Sequence record: OZ240615.1
DNA length: 64,000 nucleotides
Strand: one strand, 5' to 3'
Shown: piece by piece, positions 57,371 to 64,000 of the stretch
How the letters are laid out: the number at the start of each line of letters is the position of its first letter
Numbering within the stretch: the stretch's first letter is position 1
Program-made: the position numbers and the translations under genes
Notes under the pieces: generated by a model
The model's input: only the letters and a program-made list of their open reading frames with translations
Told to the model about the DNA's origin: nothing
The model's database searches: none

Positions 57371-58309
57371 TTAATAAGATTTCTCTTGATGATTAGCCGT
57401 CATGGCGATGAGGTCATTGACGCGTCCAATAAACTCGTCGCTCTTCAACCCGCGACCTTCGCGGTCAATCAATTGGGTCAGCCACGCTTTACGGTATTGT
57501 TTTTCCCCTGCGCAGGAAGAATAGATCATCGCGATAAACATCGGCGGATATTCCAAAGCAACAGCGAGCCATTCACGGACTTCTGAACTACCAAACCAGC
57601 TAGTAGAGGTCAGCGTCCAAAGAATACGTTTGTCCATTCGTTTCAAGGACAAACTCTCGCCAAATTCCGCCAACGCTTTGCAATAATCGTCCAAGTTGGC
57701 CATGTAACCGACCGGGCGCAGCCAGAGATCGAGTTTTTGAAAAGGGATATTCAAAATACGACTGATCTTGATACAGAAGACTTCGTGACGACGTTCGTTG
57801 AAATCCGCCTCTGCGCAATGCAGACAGTAATAATAGTAGGCAGTGATAGCCTTTACTTTTTCACTGGTCATTTCGTTGAGGTTGAGTTTATTCTTTAATA
57901 AACCAGTCAACCACTTGGCGAAAATCGCCAGCGGTACATCGATATTGAAATAGAACGCATCAGTGTTTCCTTCGGCCCAGGCCATTTCTAACACTGCTCT
58001 GCGAAAAACAATCCCCGCTGAACCTTCATTATTAAAGTCAACAGTCCCATCGCTGTTGAGAGTGAGCACATTACGGTAAGGACGTAAATCAATGTATGTA
58101 TAAGGGACACCTTGAACATCCTGCGCAAACGGATGACGAAAAATAGGGATACTCTCTAACTGCGGACTCTTTTCAATGGCGGCCAGCAACCCTTTAAAAC
58201 GGTTAACTGGGGTCAGCGCTCCCTCGGCTTTTGCGATCAAAAGTTTCCCCGGTAAGCTACTTGGGAAAACAGAACTACCCGCTGAAGTTTCGAAACTGTG
58301 TTTAAACAT
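57371..58309 (-). CDS. virion/minor capsid protein (phiKZ gp28 position)
   Basis: 312 aa; VALEYPPMFIAM; divergent from sheath. Confidence 0.7.
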   Translation of the reverse strand: MFKHSFETSAGSSVFPSSLPGKLLIAKAEGALTPVNRFKGLLAAIEKSPQLESIPIFRHPFAQDVQGVPYTYIDLRPYRNVLTLNSDGTVDFNNEGSAGIVFRRAVLEMAWAEGNTDAFYFNIDVPLAIFAKWLTGLLKNKLNLNEMTSEKVKAITAYYYYCLHCAEADFNERRHEVFCIKISRILNIPFQKLDLWLRPVGYMANLDDYCKALAEFGESLSLKRMDKRILWTLTSTSWFGSSEVREWLAVALEYPPMFIAMIYSSCAGEKQYRKAWLTQLIDREGRGLKSDEFIGRVNDLIAMTANHQEKSY

Positions 58310-58472
58310 TACTTAATTCTCCAATTATGGCCATACCCTACAGAATGTTAATATGACGACTTACCCTATTTACCCGTAAACTATGGTTTACAAATCCCCA
58401 AGCTTGGGACTAGCGTCACTATGACTGTACATAATTTATGCGGTACCTACTCTTTTTAAGAGGCAAAAAGAC

Positions 58473-60542
58473 ATGTCTGAACAAATCACGGGATCAACAC
58501 CCAGAATTTATTACCGTGGTACGAAGGATAGTTCAGTAACTCGTTCTACGGGTTCGACGACTACCCTTCCGCTCCATCGGCCCTTAATCATGTTCTTCGG
58601 CCAAAAAGGCCCGACCGTTCCGACATGGATCGATCCGGTGAAATTCGAAGACATCTACGGCAGCGAAACCACCAATCTGTCCGGTGTTTACTGCACCCAC
58701 TCCACCCCTTTCATCAAAGAAGCGATTGCAGCTGGTAATCAGTTCATGGCATTGCGTCTGGAACCGTCCGATATTCCAGATGTAGCAACCCTTGGACTTT
58801 CTGTTGATTGGGTAAAGACCAAGATTGACGACTACGAACGCAACGACGACGGTACTTATAAGCTGGATACTAACGGCGATAAAATTCCGCTCGCCACGCA
58901 AATTGACGGGATAAAATTCCGGTTCGTTCTCGAGAAAATCGAAACCAACGAATCCGGTGTGAGCCAGTATAAAAAACGTACGGCTAAAGCCGGGACCATC
59001 GGTACCGAAGCGACGCCGTCAACGATTACTCCGCTGGCCGATTTCCGTTGCCGTTTCAAATCGTCGCTGGGCGCTAACACTGCGCTGCGAATCTGGGCAC
59101 CTACGATTAACTCCGCGCAGGCTGCTGACGCCGATTTACAGGCTCGTATCAAATCCTTCCTGTATCGCTTCCAGATTCTGACCCGCGCAGATAAAGCAAG
59201 TTCACCGACGATTTTTGAGACCATCTATAATGAACCATCATTATCGGTCGGTTTCGGGGAAAATCTGGTTGATCCACAGACCGAAGTGGTCTACGACTTC
59301 GTTGAACGAATCGACAGTCGCTATAACGATGAAGACCCGTCCACTTACCTGATGTCGCCGCTGGATACGCCGTATCTGTATCAAGCCAACATCGATACCG
59401 TTCTGACCGCCATCCAGGAACTGGAAGCGCCGTTCGACACAGTTTCTGCCGACGAAGATGATCTGTATCAGATTAACCTCTTCGGGGCTCAAACCGTAGA
59501 AGGCGTCCCGTACCATGCGGTGCAAATCCTGGGTGTACTCGATGGTGGCGTTACGCTGACCGAAACGGCGACCAATTACCTCCAGGGTGGCGGTGACGGT
59601 ACACTGGGTAACGACAGCTTTAACGCTGCAGCGTATGCGGTACTGTCGAATCTGAACAATAACGCGGCGTTCAATATCACCAACTATGCGCGTTATCCGT
59701 TCAACGCATTTTGGGATTCCGGTTTCGACCTGAAAACCAAACAAACTATTCCGCAGCTGATCGGTTTGCGTGCAGACACCTGGATCGCGCTGTCCACGCA
59801 GGATATTTCGTCGGACTTTAACTCCAACGAAGAAGAAGAGTCTATTGCGCTCTCCTTGATGTCTCGCGTCTCTGCGTTCCCGGACTCCTCTGACTTTGGT
59901 ACCCCGGCATTCCGCGGTATGATTGTCGGTGGTGCAGGGTACTACACCGAAACCACCCGTAAGCTGCCGGTACCGTTGACACTGGACCGTTTCCGTGCCT
60001 ACTGTCGTTATGCAGGCGCATCTGACGGAGTGCTCAAACCTGAATACGCTGTCGACGAAGGTGATGCACGTAAGGTCCAAGTTGTGAAAAGTATCAATAA
60101 CCTGGATAAATCGTGGCGTGTCCGTCGCGCGCAATGGAATAACAACCTGGTCTATGTGGAAGACTACGACACCAACTCCCAGTTCTATCCGGGACAACAG
60201 TCGTTCTACTCCGAACAAGGTTCTGTTCTCAAAGCAGCAATTGTCGGTTTGTGCGTAGCCAACCTGAACCGTTTCGCGTTTGAAGCATGGCGTGATCTCA
60301 CCGGTACTCAGAAACTGACCGACGACCAACTGATCGAACGGTCTGATGACGCTGTGAGTACTCGCGGTACGGGCGCGTTTGACGATCGCCTGATCTTTAC
60401 CCCGCATTCTGAAATCACTCAGGCGGATAAAGAGCGCGGTTACAGCTGGTCTATGCGTATTGACTTCGGTGCTAACGCATTCCGCACCGTGATGGATATG
60501 TCTTCTGTCGCATACACCAGAGAGGAATTAGCAAATGGCTAA
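58473..60542 (+). CDS. tail sheath protein
   Basis: 689 aa; PLHRPLIMFFGQKGP, YLQGGGDG, YPFNAFWDSGF; recalled as near-identical to phiKp24 sheath. Confidence 0.93.
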   Translation: MSEQITGSTPRIYYRGTKDSSVTRSTGSTTTLPLHRPLIMFFGQKGPTVPTWIDPVKFEDIYGSETTNLSGVYCTHSTPFIKEAIAAGNQFMALRLEPSDIPDVATLGLSVDWVKTKIDDYERNDDGTYKLDTNGDKIPLATQIDGIKFRFVLEKIETNESGVSQYKKRTAKAGTIGTEATPSTITPLADFRCRFKSSLGANTALRIWAPTINSAQAADADLQARIKSFLYRFQILTRADKASSPTIFETIYNEPSLSVGFGENLVDPQTEVVYDFVERIDSRYNDEDPSTYLMSPLDTPYLYQANIDTVLTAIQELEAPFDTVSADEDDLYQINLFGAQTVEGVPYHAVQILGVLDGGVTLTETATNYLQGGGDGTLGNDSFNAAAYAVLSNLNNNAAFNITNYARYPFNAFWDSGFDLKTKQTIPQLIGLRADTWIALSTQDISSDFNSNEEEESIALSLMSRVSAFPDSSDFGTPAFRGMIVGGAGYYTETTRKLPVPLTLDRFRAYCRYAGASDGVLKPEYAVDEGDARKVQVVKSINNLDKSWRVRRAQWNNNLVYVEDYDTNSQFYPGQQSFYSEQGSVLKAAIVGLCVANLNRFAFEAWRDLTGTQKLTDDQLIERSDDAVSTRGTGAFDDRLIFTPHSEITQADKERGYSWSMRIDFGANAFRTVMDMSSVAYTREELANG

Positions 60543-61410
60543 GAAAGATCCTAACACGATCATGAGTGCTAATAGTTCGTACGCTAACGGGGCCAATGGT
60601 TCCGTTACTAACCTGGAGATCCCAGCAGCGTTCGGCTATACGCCTGATTTTCGTTACTACCATGCTGCGGCCGATTATACACGTCGCCCAACAATCGCGT
60701 TCCTGATGGAACTCCCCAACTGTTTCAAAGACACCGATGATGCAGCGAAATGGGGCGGTTCCCTGAAAGCGTTAATCGAGATGCATTCTCGTACAATCGA
60801 TGGTCTCGACTATACGCTGGAAGTGGAACACGTTGAAACGCCATTCGGTGGCGGCGGCGAAATGATGCAGACCTTGTCTAAGGTTCGTCGTGCTCGCTCG
60901 GTCCCGGTGTTTACCTGGGTGGAAAAAATCGGGATGCCTGTTTCCCGCTTCTGGAACAACTATATCCTCTACTTCATGGGTGAACCTAACTCTAACGTAG
61001 CGGGTATTATCGGTAAAGGTGGAATCACTCCGGCCGCAACTTATCCGGATTATAACACTTTCTCCGTACTCTTCGTTGAACCGGATCCTACCGAACGTTA
61101 CGCACTGCGTTCTACGTTGATCACCAACATGCAACCGACCGGACAAGGTCCGGAAATGCGCATGTCGAAAGACCAGACTTCTTCGCCAGAACAGCTTCAA
61201 ATCTCTCAGACCTTTACGGGTCTTCAGATGGTCGGTCGCGGTGTTGACAAACTGGGCCAGATGATGCTCGATCGCGCATCACAAACCGGTATTGACCTGA
61301 ATGCTCAACCGGCATTCCTCTCAGACCGTGAAGCCGACGTCGCTGCACGTACTGACGGTTATATCGATCAGCTTGTCTCTTCGTTATCCAAACCGGGCGT
61401 GGCAATCTAA
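60535..61410 (+). CDS. tail tube protein
   Basis: 291 aa, coupled to the sheath; KALIEMH, FVEPDPT motifs. Confidence 0.9.
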   Translation: MAKKDPNTIMSANSSYANGANGSVTNLEIPAAFGYTPDFRYYHAAADYTRRPTIAFLMELPNCFKDTDDAAKWGGSLKALIEMHSRTIDGLDYTLEVEHVETPFGGGGEMMQTLSKVRRARSVPVFTWVEKIGMPVSRFWNNYILYFMGEPNSNVAGIIGKGGITPAATYPDYNTFSVLFVEPDPTERYALRSTLITNMQPTGQGPEMRMSKDQTSSPEQLQISQTFTGLQMVGRGVDKLGQMMLDRASQTGIDLNAQPAFLSDREADVAARTDGYIDQLVSSLSKPGVAI

Positions 61411-61421
61411 TAAGACATACT

Positions 61422-61449
61422 CCTCAGAGAACCTTCGGGTTCTCTGAGG
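61422..61449 (+). terminator. sheath-tube terminator
   Basis: cctcagagaac-cUUCGg-gttctctgagg then tttattttg. Confidence 0.9.
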
Positions 61450-61540
61450 TTTATTTTGCTGAGATAAAACGTTTGACTAAATGACCAAATAAGGGTATTC
61501 TTGAAGTGGTAAATATGACTCGTTAATTAAGAGGTGAATT

Positions 61541-62185
61541 ATGTTTGATAAAAACTCAGCGCTTAAGTTACAACAGTCCCTTAAAACCGCGGGTTTCGAC
61601 CCTAAAGGAATCGACGGTTTGTGGGGTACAAATTCCCAAAAGGCTTTAGATGCATCGTTCGCTAAATACGACATTGCATGGAGTAAAAGAGTCGCCCCTG
61701 AATTTGTGGCAAAAGTAAAAGACATTGTTTCGAAAATTGGTGGAGATCCCAGCCACTTAATGTCATGTATGGCATTCGAAACCGGTCGTACATTTAGCCC
61801 CAGTATTCAGAATGGAGCCGGTGCTCCTTACTACGGACTTATTCAGGGCGGTGCCGCATTCTGTAAGGATGTAGGGATTACGCTGGATCAGTGGAGAGGT
61901 ATGACAGCCTTACAACAGCTTGATTACGTCTATAAATGGTATCTTCCGTACAAAGGAAAACTTGAAGACCTTCCATCATGGTACATGCGCATACTCTGGC
62001 CGGTCGCAGTTAACAAACCCGACACGTACGTGTTATGGGACAGTAAGACACGACCAACCACATACGCGCAGAATAAAGGACTGGATGTGAACAAGGATGG
62101 TGTTATTACTCGAGCAGAAGTATCAAAAGTTATTTACAACATGTATGCGGAAGGTTGTTTGATCGAGAACCGCCGACCGCTTTAA
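61541..62185 (+). CDS. modular endolysin: peptidoglycan-binding domain + lysozyme-like domain + EF-hand-like loop
   Basis: LQQSLKTAGF..GIDGLWG; MAFETG, YGLIQ, QQLDYV; DVNKDGVITRAE. Confidence 0.85.
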   Translation: MFDKNSALKLQQSLKTAGFDPKGIDGLWGTNSQKALDASFAKYDIAWSKRVAPEFVAKVKDIVSKIGGDPSHLMSCMAFETGRTFSPSIQNGAGAPYYGLIQGGAAFCKDVGITLDQWRGMTALQQLDYVYKWYLPYKGKLEDLPSWYMRILWPVAVNKPDTYVLWDSKTRPTTYAQNKGLDVNKDGVITRAEVSKVIYNMYAEGCLIENRRPL

Positions 62186-62195
62186 GCGAGGCGTT

Positions 62196-62309
62196 ATGGG
62201 AGCAACTACCCTGTCGGGTGGAGATGTATTGATTATTTGCGCCGGAATCCTTATTACCATGGCTGCAACAGCATTCGTTCTTTCACTCTTGTTCGACGAT
62301 AAAAAATAA
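62196..62309 (+). CDS. 37-aa single-TM peptide not in the ORF track
   Basis: GAGG SD; MGATTLSGGDVLIICAGILITMAATAFVLSLLFDDKK; 10 nt after the endolysin stop. Confidence 0.6.
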   Translation: MGATTLSGGDVLIICAGILITMAATAFVLSLLFDDKK

Positions 62310-62323
62310 AAAGATAAAGTACA

Positions 62324-62353
62324 CAGAGGAGAGAGCCTAGGCTCTCTCCTCTG
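62324..62353. terminator. bidirectional terminator, perfect 30-bp palindrome
   Basis: cagaggagagagcctaggctctctcctctg. Confidence 0.8.
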
Positions 62354-62363
62354 GTTTTGTCAC

Positions 62364-62960
62364 TCAACTTAAATGCTTAATTGCGAGATCAAACATTTTT
62401 TGCTTTACATCATCGAACCCGTAAAGGCGTTGATAGGCGGTTTGGTTTTGATTCCAAAGTTTGTCCATTAAGAAGACATTGCTCACTTCAGAAGCGTCAG
62501 TACCGCCCCAATGCGGATTATCATCAAAGAGATAATAATCATACCCTTTTAAGTTGGCGTCTAACCAAGTCTTTTTACAGGGGACTTTCTCAGGGTCTAA
62601 GAAGACCCCTTCCATTTCAACGCCAAGGCGGTCAAACTGCCGCTGCGTAAATTCAGCAGCGCGAGGGTGATACCCGCGGTGCGTAGCGAACATCGTTTGT
62701 AGGCGCGCTCCAAAGACCGTTTGCATTTCTTTAATCAAAGCAGGAAGAGCTTCAAAACCAGGCACCCAGTCCGCGTGTTCCATGAACGAACCGTCTTCTA
62801 AAACCGCCTTGAGGAAAGGAGCCTCAAACGGATCCGTACGCGAAAGTCGATTTTTCCAAACCAGCCCGCAGTTAAACGTATCGTTAATCCAGCGTGTCAT
62901 GGCTTTTTCGGTTTCAAACTTGGTGTCATCCAAGTCAAACACGAACATTACTTTTTTCAC
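62364..62960 (-). CDS. HAD-superfamily 5'(3')-deoxyribonucleotidase-like phosphatase
   Basis: FDLDDT motif I, ATHRG, K, LFDDNP motif IV. Confidence 0.85.
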   Translation of the reverse strand: MKKVMFVFDLDDTKFETEKAMTRWINDTFNCGLVWKNRLSRTDPFEAPFLKAVLEDGSFMEHADWVPGFEALPALIKEMQTVFGARLQTMFATHRGYHPRAAEFTQRQFDRLGVEMEGVFLDPEKVPCKKTWLDANLKGYDYYLFDDNPHWGGTDASEVSNVFLMDKLWNQNQTAYQRLYGFDDVKQKMFDLAIKHLS

Positions 62961-63460
62961 GATTTAAGTTTCCTTTGCAGATAAAGATCCAGTGAATCTT
63001 TGAGTTTTTCCAAATACTGCTGACAAGAACTGGATAACGTGATTTTCCCACTGGGCCCGGAAATTGTCAATAGACCGTAGGATAGGGATAACACGTTAAA
63101 CGCAGCCAGATCCACCAGAATCGTGTGCGCACCCCAAGACACAATAATCTCCAAGTCTTGTACAAAACGCGTTTTGGGGGCTTCTGAGGAGTTCTCGTAG
63201 ACATTCTCGTGAAGTTTGTAGTCACTCCATTGTGCAGTGATGTACTCGTACACAGTTTCCGCTTCAAAGATGTCATCAGTTTCGATATTGATATTAACAT
63301 CATCGTAGTTACGTACATTGACGTACGTAGACGGACAGACAAGACCTACGCTCTGGCCTTTTTTAACAAACTTGATCTTTTCCAGATCTACGTAAAACGT
63401 CCCTTTAGCCGTTGTGATAAACAACGTAGTATTATTGATTCTCTGGAGTATCGAATTCAT
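62957..63460 (-). CDS. hypothetical protein with internal duplication
   Basis: GTFYVDLEKIKFV / HTILVDLAAFNVL. Confidence 0.65.
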   Translation of the reverse strand: MNSILQRINNTTLFITTAKGTFYVDLEKIKFVKKGQSVGLVCPSTYVNVRNYDDVNINIETDDIFEAETVYEYITAQWSDYKLHENVYENSSEAPKTRFVQDLEIIVSWGAHTILVDLAAFNVLSLSYGLLTISGPSGKITLSSSCQQYLEKLKDSLDLYLQRKLKS

Positions 63461-64000
63461 TGTTACTTACCTTATTGATGTTTTGGAGAATAAGTGCGTG
63501 TAAAATATCAAACGAAACAGGGTAATCAAAGACTCCGCCAGCAGCGTCAGGGTGTCCACCGCCGTTAAAGACGTGCGCGAGTCTTTGCGCCCAACCCGTC
63601 CCTTTACGAGAACGGAAAGAAAGACCTAAACCTTTTTTGTTTAACGTTACGTTTACAACGAGGTCTACGTCATCTCTTTTTGCTAACAGCATCGAGGCTG
63701 CCTCAGATGCGTAATAGTACGGTGCTGAAAGATAAACCGCAGTAAACCGGAAAACGCCATTTGTTTCCACCGGGAAACATACTTTTTTATCGAGATGAAA
63801 CGTGATATTTTTATTTCTGGATTCGATGAGTAAATCAACGACAGGTCGGATTTCCGCCTCCACTCTTTCTTTGCTATACTCTAGCAGCGCGTTGAACGGC
63901 GGGAAGATATCTTCTTTGTTACCCTTCTTCAGGAAACGAACGAAGTACTCGTGATATTCCCGTTCACTGTCCGTAGCAATCCACAAATCTCGATTGTTAA
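63432..64000 (-). CDS. DHH/DHHA1 phosphoesterase, C-terminal part (runs off the window)
   Basis: LSFRS...FNGGGHPDAAGG DHHA1 motif; frame open to the window edge. Confidence 0.85.
   Translation of the reverse strand, partial: NNRDLWIATDSEREYHEYFVRFLKKGNKEDIFPPFNALLEYSKERVEAEIRPVVDLLIESRNKNITFHLDKKVCFPVETNGVFRFTAVYLSAPYYYASEAASMLLAKRDDVDLVVNVTLNKKGLGLSFRSRKGTGWAQRLAHVFNGGGHPDAAGGVFDYPVSFDILHALILQNINKVSNNEFDTPENQ

Noticed and set aside
58310-58472. TATG late-promoter motifs in divergent late intergenic regions
   Set aside because: A 4-mer is too common to localise without TSS data
59241-60407. 388-aa minus-strand ORF antisense to the tail sheath
   Set aside because: Same codon-bias artefact; also seen over the tube gene (60772..61200)
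1-64000. tRNA genes, CRISPR arrays, IS/transposases
   Set aside because: No cloverleaf with T-loop and acceptor stem, no regularly spaced repeats, and no transposase or integrase motifs recognised by eye; tRNAscan/CRISPR tools not run

Overview
64 kb of a nucleus-forming jumbo phage (phiKZ-like, Chimalliviridae). The tail sheath looks, from memory and not from a search, almost identical to that of Klebsiella jumbo phage phiKp24. Most genes are on the minus strand. The window holds the core 'phage nucleus' block in phiKZ order: PhuZ tubulin, family-B DNA polymerase catalytic subunit, chimallin (ChmA), four non-virion RNAP subunits (gp55-, gp68-, gp71/73-, gp74-like), an Mre11/SbcD nuclease, ChmC, PicA/Imp1 and an SF2 helicase. 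It also holds the terminase/baseplate/sheath/tube block, two muralytic enzymes and accessory regions (two paralogous AAA ATPases, macrodomain, GNAT, CYTH, HAD, DHH). Eight copies of a bipartite early-promoter motif (TTTCGA-like hexamer, N14, TATATCAC) and about 15 intrinsic terminators are visible. The most interesting unexplained signals are: (i) ten same-sized, same-architecture ORFs in tandem under one early promoter; (ii) a bacterial SSB-like C-terminal tip (DFDNDVPW) on ChmC; (iii) an orphan protein carrying the RNAP catalytic motif ADFDGD; (iv) a 124-nt GGA-rich, stem-closed intergenic RNA candidate resembling CsrA sponges; (v) a terminator/SD-sequestering switch before a small HTH gene. 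No tRNA, CRISPR array, intron or intein was recognised. phiKZ gene-number equivalences rest on synteny, size and recalled motifs, not on database searches.
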